Shown here: one piece after another, positions 24,439 to 38,340 of the stretch
How the letters are laid out: the number at the start of each line of letters is the position of its first letter
Position numbering within the stretch: position 1 is the stretch's first letter
From: Spironucleus salmonicida
Taxonomy: Eukaryota
NCBI RefSeq assembly: GCF_000497125.1
Contig: NC_090596.1
Span: 1,736,001-1,800,000 of the forward strand
Length of the DNA stretch: 64,000 nucleotides
Reading direction: 5' to 3'
Made by a program: the position numbers and the translations under genes
The notes under the pieces: model-generated
The model's input: only the letters and a program-made list of their open reading frames with translations
Told to the model about the DNA's origin: nothing
The model's database searches: none

Positions 24439-25947
24439 TCAAATGAAATTTTATTTAACTTTAGATAAAATTTATTTTTAATCCATAGATTATAAAATTT
24501 TAAATATCTAACGCGACAAGTCTCTAATTTGATCATTCGGATAATGGCTATCAATACATTTTGTAAGTGTATCTACAAATAATGATTTAATACTTTTTGA
24601 TCCATTGATGATCTTATATGTGTCCTAAGGGTATTACTCCAATAGTCCTTTTAGTATATATGTAGCATAGACGCTTGACAATAGTTCCTATCTTGCCATT
24701 CTTGATATGATTCCAGTCATTGCTGATATAGAATTACACAAAAGTTTACTATCAAAATTCTATAGGTAAATTATCTACCCTAATAACTTCAACGATGAAG
24801 AAATAACATAGTTTTCCATCAATGCTGTGGTTTCAGCTTAATCGTCATATGTGACGTCTCTTTTTACAAAACTTATAAGAATTTCCAAAAAATCATTATT
24901 AAGGAAATTTATATTTAATTGTTCATTAATATAAAAGCAACCTAAGTATCTTATTATTTAACATTAAAATAAAGGCTATGAAGAAGGTAAAATTTCAAGC
25001 ATTTGTCTCCAATTTTTTTCAGAGTAAAGATCTAGAGTTTTAAGAGGTATATGATACAAAATATTACTAAGTAATGAGCAAGCGCATTCTTAAATACTTT
25101 TGATATTCGTTGAAAACTTACATAACACAGATTCTTTAAAAAATAAGCTATTTACTATTTACTATGCTCCCTATTATGTTTAAGAAAGATTTTTAAGAAC
25201 CCATAGTGCACCTTCTTATCGTACTAAATCAATATTAATACGTAATACTTCTATCATAAGGTCTACAGTTTCAGTTTTCAATAAGAAAATGGCAAATTCT
25301 TAATTCTTGGTAGCAGATAAATTAATACATAAACTAATTATATGTTATATAATTGATTTAGCCTCTGTTTATGTCATTTGCTTGATTTTAGAATCAATAA
25401 ACTAAAATTTTTAGCAATCTTGTAATGTTTATATAGACTACTTGAAGAAGAATGTAATTTTCGAAAATAAAGTTTAACTATACTATAAGAGCTCTGATCT
25501 AGTCCTAAAATTTCTCATACTATTTTGTAGTAATCTCAAACCTTCTGAAAATAAAACAAAATCATTTGAATCAAAGGCTTGCATCAGAAAATCAGTTTCG
25601 AAATACTAATTTATTGTATATTAGTCTGGTGATAGATTTTATTAGTCTAACCGAATAATACAATCACATAATTTGCATAGTCTGTCTACTGAACCTGCAA
25701 AACCAGACAATAATGACTTAGGACAGCATTTATCACACATTACTCTTCCACAACGACGACAATGATGACGTCTTATTAGGAAAGTGAAAGGAGAATGACA
25801 TAACATACAATCTGTTACTGAATTATCTTGAATCCACTCATGTTTGGGTACCAATGAAGTTTATGGATATGATATGGATAAAGATATATCTATCCCATTA
25901 TTTAGATACATGTTTGCCCTCTACACCTCAGCAGATAATATTGACAT
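24439..25947 (-). CDS. FYVE zinc finger protein with helical C-terminal region, 502 aa
   Basis: WIQD..CMLC..F..RRHHCRRCGRVMC..C..RLCKLC canonical FYVE; the frame continues under TAR=Gln. Confidence 0.85.
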
Positions 25948-26052
25948 TAACAAAATAAATCAAATATATTTGTTTAATACTAGCATATTGTATATAATTA
26001 TTTCTTTTAAACATAATACTATTATTATATTTATTAGAACAAAATTCTATTG

Positions 26053-28167
26053 ATGAGTGATACCCATAATGATATCATATCCGAATTAAAATAGGTTATC
26101 CTAGGCACACCTACAACAAATTTTTAACCTACATAATAAAAATTTCAAAATACTATTCTTAACTAAATGTAAAGAAATCTTTTAAAAGATTATCTATAAT
26201 TAGGATTCATATTTTATAAAATTAGGTAATATAAGGTTGTTTTCTTCATTTTTATCACACATTCAGAAATATAAACCAATTCATCTCTTATTAGCTAGTA
26301 TCAAGATATTGTGTTTAATCATTAAGAATTTTCAAAAATATCTTAATCATTAGGGTTTTAAGCAATTAATAATGCCATAGAAATAATAATAGAAAAATAT
26401 GAATAAAACATGAAAAGTGTATTTTAGTATGAGTCGTCGTCGTTAGAAGATTTTGCTTCATATAGTTAAACTTTTTATTTTCAAAATTCAAAATTAATTG
26501 AAGACCTAGATTTCATTGAATAAATTCTATCTAATATTTTCCCAAATTTTGATACCTTTTTCTCTCTTTAAAAAAGAGATTATACTAATTTAATCATAAA
26601 TTAGCAATATACAAAATTACCAACTTTTCTAAACTATGCATAAAAATTCATTACGAAATTATCTATTAACAGAAAAGTTATTTTTGATTAAGATTGGACA
26701 AATATTTTGCTTCAAACATATAATTAATTATTAGTTTAATATATGAAATATGGATTTGTTATTGATAATTTTGAGTTTTTTGCTTAGCAAGGAGATTATT
26801 AAAAAGAAAATTTTAACTAACTTAATTACACTAATTTTGTGTAAGTGGAAGCACCTGGATGTGTACTTTATCCTAAGCTTATGCCTTATTTTATATCAGA
26901 GAATTTAGCTAGAGAGGTTGTGTTTATTGCTAGAGTCTCAAAATTAATAAGGTTTGAAGAATCTACGCCTAATTTGATTCATTTAATCGAGTATATTAAT
27001 TAGATAGAGCTTAACTACACTAATTATCTAGAGTTTGATCAGGAGATAACCAAAATTAAATCGTAAATATCTCGTTTTTTATGGAAGGATTTGCTGTTAA
27101 AGAATTAAATACAGCTTAATATAATCAATTTCATTTAACTTAATTGTATGCAAAATTCTGCTGTATTTGATATTTTTTTAGATATTAGTAATGATTATAT
27201 ATCAAAGCCGTGGCTTTTTAGTAAAGATATAGCATTTGTATAGTATAGATGCGATAAGTAATCAATCTGTGAAATTGAGCTAAATGGTATTTTAGACATT
27301 GAATGGGGGTACCCTATTAATTGCTTAAGATTAGTTTAAATACCTACAGAAAATCAGTTACATTAAGATGCTAATTTATAACATTATGCATTTAAACTTA
27401 ATGATCATATATTTTTTGATGTGGATTCCTATTTTTATGGTGTGGAATGCTCTACTTCTTAAACAAACTTTTATCACCAGATTAATCAATCAGATCATTA
27501 AACATTAATTCCATTTATTGTGTTTAATTATACTCCAACAAAATAATCAAACTCCCTTTTGCTATCTCCTTAAATTTAATCTTCGTTCTCAAAAATATTC
27601 CGCAATCTATTGTATATAAAATATTACAACAGAATTTTGATAAAATGTTCACAGGAATTAATATAGTATAAAAAATTATTCTTACAATTATAGTAATTTT
27701 AAAACAAGAATCCTCATTTTATGCGTTATAGCAACTAACCTTCTAATGTTGCTGTATAAATCGGTACTATGTCTAAAATATATAGAATAAATCATATTCT
27801 TTTATCTTAGTTTTAATTAATTTAAGTCAATATTGCAAGTAAAATGGATACTTAAATCTAAATTTTTAATAATTTTAAGTAGGACGATTTTTTATTGGTA
27901 TAAAAATAGCTTATTATATTAGCTACTGAGCTTAGTACGATTGTTTTCTTAAATGATAGAGCCGCAAGTAATATTATTGTCGCGTTTTTTAAACTTATCA
28001 CTAAATTTGAGTAACTTATTGCCAATTTAAAACCATTTTTTGAGAAACAACTATCTTATGGTAAGGCAAATGATTAATAATGTTCATAAATTAACAATCT
28101 TAATTTATATTTAGATTAAGTTTTAAAGATGGAAGACAGTTTGAGTATTACGCTGAGAATGAAGTGA
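26053..28167 (+). CDS. Gamma-tubulin complex component (Spc97/98 family), GCP4-like, 704 aa
   Basis: IISELKQVILGTP start, LMPYFISENLAREVVFIAR and ISRFLWKDLL..AVFDIFLDISNDYISKP resemble GCP4 (LPSYIPVRVAEKILFVG; VAEHLWKL..ELFQAFIDTAQHMLKTP). Confidence 0.65.
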
Positions 28168-28221
28168 AGAAAATATATATTGAATCTGTCGACTGTATAC
28201 TATTAATAAATTAAAAACAAA

Positions 28222-28761
28222 TCAAACCATTTCAACTTCGACTTCTGCTTCAGATACTGGGCAGGGGAGTCTGATAATAGACCTGTTCTACTTTTAGTCA
28301 TAACATGCCTAAGTTGAAAATCTCTCAATTGCATCTTCGTTCTTGGCATCACCATGTGTGAAGCTCCAAGTAACACGAACATTAGGAATCTCCTCATTGC
28401 CATTAGCATCACGTACACAACAAATTGCACTCATTTTGTTAGGAGATAAAGATAATACTAATTCTAATGTAACAGATGCATCAGAGTTGGCATCCTCTAA
28501 TTCGTAACGCCAAAGGAATCCTTCCCACTTATCAAGACGTTAAATCTCATATAATAATGCTTTACGGTCACCTAAAGAATCAACACCCATATCTCTTAAT
28601 TCTTATTCGTTAAGGAGAATAAGTGAGCGACCACAAATATCAGAACGGCGAAGAGCCATATTATATTTTTTCATATTTATAGCTGTTAACCAAACAGAAA
28701 CGTCATTACGCTACCAAAATTCAACTGGCCAAATTTTAGCTACAGGTCTTGAATCATCCAT
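28222..28761 (-). CDS. SAM-domain protein, 179 aa
   Basis: VEFWQRNDVSVWLTAINMKKY..DICGRSLILLNEQELRDMGVDSLGDRKALLYEIQRL is a canonical SAM domain. Confidence 0.88.
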
Positions 28762-28831
28762 TTTAAATGAAGCGGAAATTCTAAAATTTGCGTAGATAAA
28801 TTTATTATATAAATAAAAATACAAATAATTA

Positions 28832-30544
28832 TCATTCCATAACAAATATAGGATCGTCTAAATCTAATTACAATTCTTCAGCTATAACACTTGCATCACT
28901 CATCTTTGAATGCTATTGATGAGGGCTTTATTAATTTAAAATAATATCATCGAATTATTCTTCAAATTTAGTGGACCTTGACATTGCATGTTAAAATGGA
29001 ATATTTTAATGTAATAAATCTATCAATATTTATGGATTTATTGAAGTTCCACTTGTATAAGGTATTTATTATGATAATACTTTAGCAAATAACACTGATT
29101 AGTCTTCGGTGATTTAGTCAAATATGGAATTAATAATGGTTTATGCTGACAATCCTTTTATACTATTCTTTATAGAAACAAAATTTCCTTATGATAGCTG
29201 TGATAATGATGTATTCTACAAATCAAATAATACATTAGGAGTTAATATTGTTAGATTATTATCTACTAGTTTTGGTAGCTGATATTAAACTGTTTAACTC
29301 TAAAAAGAATTTTTAATAGTAGCACCTTTATATACTATTATAGCAGTTTATAACCATAAAATTGATCTAATGTTTAAAAAATTTTAAATTCGAGACTAAT
29401 AAACAGATAGCTATTCTTTTGTACCAACTACAAATATTTTTTCTGAGTATATTCTTAGTATTTCTAAATTTTCATCTACTACACTCTTTGGTAGAATAGT
29501 GCAAAAATCTATAAAACTATTAGGTCCACCATTTCGAAATTCTGAATATTATGCGTCTTAGTATAGTTTTATATCTTCATCTTCAAAAAGTTAAACTATT
29601 ATAATCGGTTTCGAATATATTAGTTATAATGACACTAAACTAATTTCTGATTCTACTAACTATAAATTAGTAAAGGAAAATTATTATTAACATAAATCAT
29701 TGCTTAAATTATGAAATCCATATATTTTAGAAATTGATAAATTATTAGTCATTTACATAAATTTTTAACTAATATCATAGTATTTTTTATACGATGGATC
29801 AACTAATAGCATGAATGATCTTTTTTACATTAGATTGATAAATGACTAATCTAATTAATCTTTTATTACGTTTACCTTATGAAATTTACATTTAGTTTCT
29901 GAAGCTGGTTATTTAAATGTTGATATATTTAAATTATCTAAACCGTTTAAATAATATTATGGATCTTCTATTGTATTTTAAATTAATTATTTATTTAAAC
30001 TTGTTAAGGTTGATAGTTTAGTTAAGATAGCAGTAGATCTAGATTTTCTTATTATTAAGTCTTATTAATCTTTAGTAAAATTAGTTAATAGTTTTATTAA
30101 TAAAAAAGGTTAGTAGATTATAAAAAGTATACTCGTACTTTGATCAGCTTAGTAAATTAACTCTTTTAATTGTTCAATAGTTTATATATTCATCATTTAT
30201 GAATTTAAACCTAGACTCAGTGACATATACTGTTTTTTCTTTTTGACTTACGATTTAAACCCAGTAAGTAATACTTTCACTTCTGATAAACATGGAAAAT
30301 AATTTAATCCTATATGAAACTGAGGTACTTAGTTTTAATCTGAATATTTTAAATACTCTTCGAATATATAAATATGTAAGGCAGGTTTTACTAACTAAAT
30401 AATATTTTCAAAGTCCTTATTAAATATGACTATTTAACCAGGGGAAACTTCGTCAATTGTTTCTTTAAATAGAAGCTGATATTTTTTATATGTGTATTAT
30501 GTATCTAACGTACATAATTGTTTAACATAGTATGCATCTTGCAT
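28832..30544 (-). CDS. Hypothetical protein, 570 aa (weak BRCT-like motifs)
   Basis: Open under TAR=Gln from ATG 30544 to GAA-TGA. VLLTGF and IRSILWLQ are only weakly BRCT-like. Confidence 0.6.
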
Positions 30545-30583
30545 TTATATAAATTAATATATAACGTATATTAATATATTAAA

Positions 30584-33500
30584 ATGAATATGTAAATAAT
30601 TGATATTGAATTACAACGAAAGAAATTCATGTAAAGTTAATCTATTAGCTAATTTAATTTTTCGTAGATTTATAATTTAAAATACATTTAAGAGGCTCTG
30701 TAGTCATCGATATTAACTTATCCTGGTCTGTTTAATATTTTTTAACCTATTTATTGTTAAACTAATATTTTTGTAACAAGAATAATAAATTAATCATCTA
30801 GAAAATGTAATAATATGTAATTACCTAATTCTGTTACTTAATATGTATACCCAATAATTAATTTTATGGATTTACCATCTTATAAAAGTAATAATAAAAT
30901 GGATATTTTATAGTAATCCAGTGATAATTTGTTCACATATGATGATTTATTGTACTCTAGAGAATCTGTATTTAATTAACTTTAATGCAAGTCATAGTTT
31001 CATACATAAAATTTAAAACCATAAATATCATAGGATACATCATTATATCCTCAATTCTTATCTTAATAAACTAAAAATACTTATTAAATATAGCGTAAAA
31101 TTCTTTAAAAGTATTAAATAAGTGAAAAGACTTAGTTACAAAAATTATTATATAGAAATAGATAAAAACCAGCACTTCGTTTACTTTATGCAGCAAATAA
31201 GATAAACATTTCATAAAATAATAAAATAAGATCGTAAAATGCATTAAAATAAGATTTCTACATTGTTAAGATGTGCTGGTTAGAGGCAACTATTCAACTT
31301 TTAAAATAGTTATAGAGCCTATTAAATGGAATTTTAATTTCCAAAAAGATTAGTTTTTAATTTGTTAATGATTAGTTTATTTTAGAATAAAAGACTTAAT
31401 TATTAACTAAATAAAAGAAATAAGGTAGAATTGGTAATTTATTTAATATTTTTCTAGAAACGGGTTAATTTTTAAAATAGATTGTAAATTAAATATATTC
31501 ATGGTTATATGGATTATAAAATATATAGGAGGCTTCATCTGCCATACTATTTATATATTCGAATTTATCTAAAAGTAGTGGGTTATATCGTTATAAATTT
31601 AAACTAAATAAATATTTAACATGCATAAAAAGTTTATAAGAATTATAGTCTTAATCCATCAGTTTATATCTGAAATTTTATTAAAAATTATATTAAGATA
31701 CCTTACTAATAACTAGTAAATATGTAAACAATTATTTGTAAAGATTAACTAATGTTTATGACGCTAAAAAAAATAGTATTATAACACGCTAACGAAGAAC
31801 TAATGCTATATAATCAGTTTATTATTCAAGCAATTCTGCTTTTTAGTAATATTTTACTTAAGCATGGAAACTTCGACGGTAATAGTTTATAAAGTATTTT
31901 AATCCAAATTTAACAGTAGAATAATTATATTTGATTAATCAAAAGACATTAGAGCGATGGTAACATTTAAGCTAGTAAATTATAGAATAACGTAAAAATA
32001 TTTACTTTTAATTAAAGTAATATAATTATAAATAAATGATAGAAAATTTTCTTTAATTTAAATAAATTGTATTAAAATAAATTATTGAATAGGATCAATT
32101 AAATTATTAATCAATCTAAACATACAAAACTTAATAGGAGATTAAAAATCTGTATATATAATTAAAATAAAAATTTAACACAGTAGATAAAATTAAAAAA
32201 GAAGAGATTCTTCAAAAAAGTACAATTTCACTAATTGAAAACAGTCTTATAAATTAGTATAAGCAAACTAATAATATAGAGATAAGTAATTTACTAATTT
32301 TGTTTAACTCCAATTTTGAAGAATTTATTAATAAACTTATAAGTGCTTTATAATCAAAATAAACTATATAAGAAATTGATATGTATGATTATTATACATA
32401 TACACAGATTAGAATTACATCTAATTATCAAACAGAGTTGTTAAATCAAATTATACTATTAATATTTTAAACAAGATTTAATTTTTTATTTCAATAATAT
32501 GGTTTATCTAGTGAGTTAAGTGGATTAGACTAATTTAATCTCATTTGTAAAATAAACGAAAAATATGATCTACAGGTAGTTTAATAGTCTATTGGAATAC
32601 TTTATAATATTAATCTTAAGTTTATCCATAAAGTATTATAATTCTTTTTTGATATAGAAATTGTAGATTATATTTACTAGTATTTTACAGCAAAAATTTA
32701 ATACAAATAGTTAAGTTTCCAGCTTAATAACTCGATTATAACATCCAATTAACTCTTTATTATTCCTTATATAATTATTCAGTATGCAAAGCACTCTTGT
32801 AGCCATAATGTTTAATATATTTAATACTAAAAATTGTAGTTTTATGATTTTAATGACTTTATTACAAATTAAAAATTAAAATAAGGATATTTTTTTAATA
32901 TTAATAAGTCAAATAATACTTAATAAGTTATAACAGATATTATTTAAGATTCATCGGCTCTTGACTTAGTTCTACCATTAATGAGATAAAAGGTAACGTA
33001 TTTATCATAAGTTGTATAAAATTATCCTACTATTATTCAAAACTTATTTCGATAAATTTTATGTTCAGATAAGTCAATAATAAGTATTTATTACAATAAT
33101 TTTTCATTTTTGGGATTTAATTTAAATAAATAATTAAATAAAATTACTGTTAGTTTAATTATGGAAGATTTAGTAAAAGACTAGTTTAAGTAATTATTTT
33201 CCCATTTATCAACATCTATGTAAAATAATGTAAATAAATCAAACAAAATAATAATATCAATACTGACATATTATCAGTAAATTTCTATTAATTTTAAAAA
33301 TATATTGCAAACTTATTAATACAAACTAGTTAGGTCTATTTAAAAGCTTATAAATACTTTTGATTAGCGTAGGTACAATTTATTTATGTTCATACTTTAA
33401 TAAGATAATGGTGGTTTAGGTATGCTTAATTTTATCGATAATTATCCTAATATTTTAGATTATATTAAAGCTAATACAAAGTAAAACTAATATTATAATT

Positions 33501-35518
33501 AACAAAAGTAATTACTGCAGTTTTAAGATATAAATATACTAAAATTAGACTCTTTAACCGATAAATAAATAATTATTGATCATATTTCTTATCAAGAAGA
33601 AATTATAAGAGCTTAAAATTTAACTGATAGTATAAAAAAGTTTAGTTTACTAAATTTTTCTCAATAAAACTATATGGGTACCTACTATTAAAATTACTAA
33701 GACGGAATCATACAACAATAATAATCACAGATTATACATTAAAGTAAATAGACAAAAGCTCAGTTTAAGGGATAATTAATTTTTAGAAATAAACTATTTA
33801 TATCATTTTGGAGTCCGATTTTGAATAGATGCAACGTATATTTAGGAAAATTATAAAATGTCCCGAATACTGGCATTCAATATAGTGGAAAATTGAACTC
33901 TATTAGCCAATTTTACGCCTCTATTTTTAGGAATAATATGTGGGTTAAAATACATTAAACAATTATTATGCAGATTTAATAATATTTAGAAAAATAGATT
34001 AATAATTAAGACATCAAATAATTTAGTAAACATGTAGAAACTATATTTGGTATCAATAAATCTCCATTAAATATTAATTAGAACGCTTATGACTTATAAT
34101 TTATAGATGTAGAAACACAATAATTGTTTAATATTAATCTATAATTGATATTTACATCTTTTGATTATTATGAGAATTTTGATTTATAAAAGTAATGTTA
34201 TCAATTTATTAAAAACAAAGCAAATATACTTTATATATTTGTAGATTTATTATATTGTAGAGTATTATTTAAATAATTTCCACAAGATAATTTTTAATTT
34301 TCATAGTTGCAGATTTGTTTTTCGAAGATCCTATAAACTAACTAATAACTAGCTTTACTTCGATCTAGAATTTAAACATCATTATAAATTAAAAATTTCA
34401 ACCACATACATGAAGAATCTCTAAATTAAAATAATTGGTAAAGTATATTATAATAAAATTCATTTTATATTTAATCATTCCCTTCATAATTAGGGTAAAT
34501 TTTCATACTAATAAATTTTGGTCTTGCTACTTTTTAAATTTATATCAAAACAAAAGAAAATGATTTAAAACAATTAATATTGATCATATATTAATAATCA
34601 TTAAAAATTGAATAAAGTAAATTTTATATTGAAGATCCTATTTTAAAACGAACTTTAGAGCAATATTCCATTGAGCATAATGAAGTAGACAATTTAAATT
34701 TTGTGATATCACATTTATCAATTAATTTATCTCCCCTTAAAAAATTGCTTACATATTTTTAGTATTCATACTGTATAAATTTTTCTGCATCCAGCATTGA
34801 CCTAGGAGGAAGTTATCAACAATTTTTCAGATTTATATTATTCCTAATACTAATTGAGTAGAATAGTCCCAACAAAGGGATTTAGATAGCTTCTTAATGT
34901 AAACCTTTGTAATAAATACCATTTTATTAATAATTATTTACAAAAAATAGAGGAAAAACTGAAATAACTATATCTCAATTTGACAATATTCTTACAAATT
35001 AAGCTTAGATGTATTTTAAGGTCAGGTTTAATAGATAATGCTCAAATTAATAGTTATTATATTTACTACTAGGCTTGACATAAAATCTGGATATTAAAAC
35101 TGAAGTTATATTTACTAGAAATGAAAATAAGATTATTTCAAATGTAATCTAATAATATAAATAACTTAACTAGTAAACAGGTTTATTATAAACATTAGTA
35201 GACGTTTAGTATGAGGATATATCTATTGAATAAAAAATAGTTGTTGTTCCGACAAATATAAACTAGTACTCATAACTTTAAAATAAAGGCTATACTGTTG
35301 TTGGTATTCAAAACTAAAGCGTAATTGAAATACGAGCATTAATTAAAAATTTTACCAATCATAATAGATTTATAAACTTAGGATTTTTTGGTAGTCAGAT
35401 GAAAATTGATGGTATATAACTAATTTATTAAGGTACACTAATTTTTACTTAAAAATACACCATATAGCTTTTATAATAAATAAATGATAAACTTCAACCC
35501 ATATTGTTTATCGACTGA
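30584..35518 (+). CDS. Large Gln/Asn-rich hypothetical protein, about 1644 aa
   Basis: ATG 30584 and TGA 35516-18 are in frame; spot checks found no internal in-frame TGA. Confidence 0.65.
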
Positions 35519-35562
35519 TAATATATTATATTAATACTATGAAGTTTCACTTATAAATTTTA

Positions 35563-36453
35563 ATGGATTCAACATCTTTCGCTAAGTCTATACTTTTAGA
35601 CAATGGATGCTTAAAAACAACTATAACAAGTAACAATGAAATCCTCAAAAAATTCAATTAGCTTAAGCCCTACCTAGTGCAATTAAAAGATGAAAACCTT
35701 CAATTAAAATCCATTCTCTAATCTAAAAATTAGGAAAAAATTGAAATACTAGAACATGAAAAATAGGATTTATCAGCAAAAATATCACACATAAGACTAT
35801 AATTGAAATTCATGTAGGAGACTCTAGAACAGCCACCCTCAGAAATACTATTGCCTCTATAATAGGAGAATATTTTTTTAAAGCTCCAACTCACGAAATT
35901 TTCAAGTTTACAACTACAAAATCCAGCTCCACCACGTCATCTGTAAACCCCTTTGGATACTTTTCTTTTAAACAACGAAGCCCTTCATCAGCGTGCAGAT
36001 TCTACTCTGAGACCTCCAAAATAGTTAATTTCATGGTTTAAGGCCTTAGCTAGTAAGGAAAACTGTGTATCATCTTTACGATAATAAACGCAAGTTATCA
36101 AGCACAATACACTACTTAAAAGTGAGTTTCTACTTACGTTTCAAGTTCCTTTTGAGATAGCAAAAAGCTGCGAGAAATATTAAAAATTCATCAGAGCACA
36201 TCTGTTATCAAAGTGGTGTTTACGCTTTGAAAAAACTGCTTTGTAGTTTATAGAAAATCTTCCGGAAATCTAGTGTTCTGACCAGCGTGCGCTAGATAAA
36301 CGGATGTTTGCTGCAGATTAGCAGCATTTCGGCTCTGGAATCGTAACCAATTTTTTGATTTTTATGTTGCTGATATAAGGATTTGAGTTTGGACATGATA
36401 AAGGTGGCTTAAACTTTGCTAGGGGGGAAAAGGAGGAAATTATATATTTTTGA
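35563..36453 (+). CDS. Hypothetical protein with N-terminal coiled coil, 296 aa
   Basis: Open under TAR=Gln; there is an alternative in-frame ATG at 35539. Confidence 0.7.
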
Positions 36454-36454
36454 A

Positions 36455-36754
36455 TCACTCTGAGTCGCTGAAAAAATAATCAGGAATCAAATTTTTAGAA
36501 GGCAAAGGCTGGGTTTGGTGCTTGAAAAGTGGTTATTTTAGTGTTGTTTATGGAAATCTCTCTGACTTATTAATAGTTTCATTTATTTATTAGCATTTTA
36601 TGTTAAATTTATGGAGCTTCGGAAGCTGGATAAGAAATGTATATTTTTATTCAGGTTTCGGAGTATAAAATCGCGGTGTTATCTTATTTTATGTCTGTAC
36701 TTTAATAACCCTTTCATGTGGTGGCTATAAAAGTGCCTCATAATTCATTAACAT
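36455..36754 (-). CDS. Small hypothetical protein, 99 aa
   Basis: C-rich upstream sequence (CCTAAGCCCCACATA-ATG); ends DYFFSDSE with GAG-TGA. Confidence 0.6.
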
Positions 36755-36799
36755 TATGTGGGGCTTAGGAATCAATAAATATAGAATAATATTAATAAA

Positions 36800-38299
36800 T
36801 CATTAATTACCTTACAAACCACAATTCAATAAAACTGTCGAAAGTTTTTGACATATTTCAATAATATAAGTATAATTCTCTATTTAGCGAGTATCTAAAT
36901 GTGTTAGCTAAATATTAACCTCGTCAATATTTATAAAATTGCACTAAGTATTACTACTCTAACTTTATATAATCGTTACCATTTCTTTAGCTTATATAAT
37001 TTTTTGTAGTAAAAGTATTCTAGAAAGATAGATTAAATTCTCTATTTAATTATAATCTAAGTGTAATATTGTTAATTATATTTGTTCATTACTTATTTCA
37101 ACTAAGTTACTCATCAAGTGCATAATAGTAACAAGTTTTTCAATTATTTTTTTGATTTTTAATTGTTAATTGGTTAAATACTCAATATTTTCTTATTATT
37201 AATAATCAATATTGGCCAAGTTCTATTTGATATTTGATAAATACTATAGTGTTTTGAAATCGATACCTTATTTAAATTCTTATGGTGTGAACTATAAATA
37301 TTCTAATATTCTCCCCGAAAGAAATAATAGATTAGTAAGTTTTGATTTAATAATTTTCGGTATATTAATATCATACTATTTTACTGAATTAGCATTCTCC
37401 ATTACAATAACATGCACCTATTCATCGATGAGTAATGATTCTTCATTACAAGAATACTCATAAACTTTTAAGTCTGAGTAATTTAAATCTTACTTTTTTG
37501 ATTAATTATCCTATAATGCTTGTAATTCATCTCTCAGCATTTCATTCTCACTAATTAAAGTAGATGCATTTTTAACAGTTTAACCCATAATTTAAAAATT
37601 TTCCGTAAAATAATCTATTTTTCTATTTAGCTCTTCTACTATAATATCATGATCGGTTATTCTTTTCTACAAAAATATATTCTCCTAAATCAACTATTCT
37701 TTTGTTAAATTCAATTTATCATCTCTAGTGGTTTCAATAATATTAGATAATTTAACATCAAAATTTTTCTATTTCTATTAGGCTTATTCTACTTCTTAAT
37801 ACAACATATTTTATAATTATTTATTTTATTATTCAATTTATTATACTTCAATTTTTTAATTTTTTCTAAGCAATTCACATTCTTGCTATATAAAATCTAG
37901 CTATTACTATAATTTCTCGTTATCAAACTATAACTAAGTTGATTTGACTACTTCTCTTTCAAATTCAAACTGGACTAATTCATATTATTATTTATAGGTT
38001 TAAACTATCATTAATTCTGATTATAGATTTTCTATCACATTTCCTTAATTTTCAAGTTAGAATTTGCAATTATCTAATTAATCTTCTAGATCAAAATATT
38101 TCTACTATGAATCTATAAGTCTTAATGATACTTTCTCAAAATTATTTTAACTAGATTATTACTAACCTTTTTAGGTAAGTGAAACAATCTATTGATTAAG
38201 TTTTTATATAATAATTTCCTTACTTTACAGTCGCTGAATTAAAAGCTGAAGCATACCTTTGTCGGATGAAACCTTTTCGCAATGAGCGGATTAATCCAT
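36800..38299 (-). CDS. Coiled-coil protein, 499 aa
   Basis: Gln/Glu/Leu heptads; in-frame ATG and TGA. Confidence 0.7.
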
Positions 38300-38340
38300 T
38301 GTCAAATTTTATATATAGTGTATATATTAATTATATATTT

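Noticed and set aside
28830-30560. Plus-strand frame with several TGA and no TGG, suggesting TGA=Trp (all three stops reassigned)
   Set aside because: It is the antisense shadow of the uninterrupted minus-strand gene 28832..30544. Real genes use TGG for Trp.
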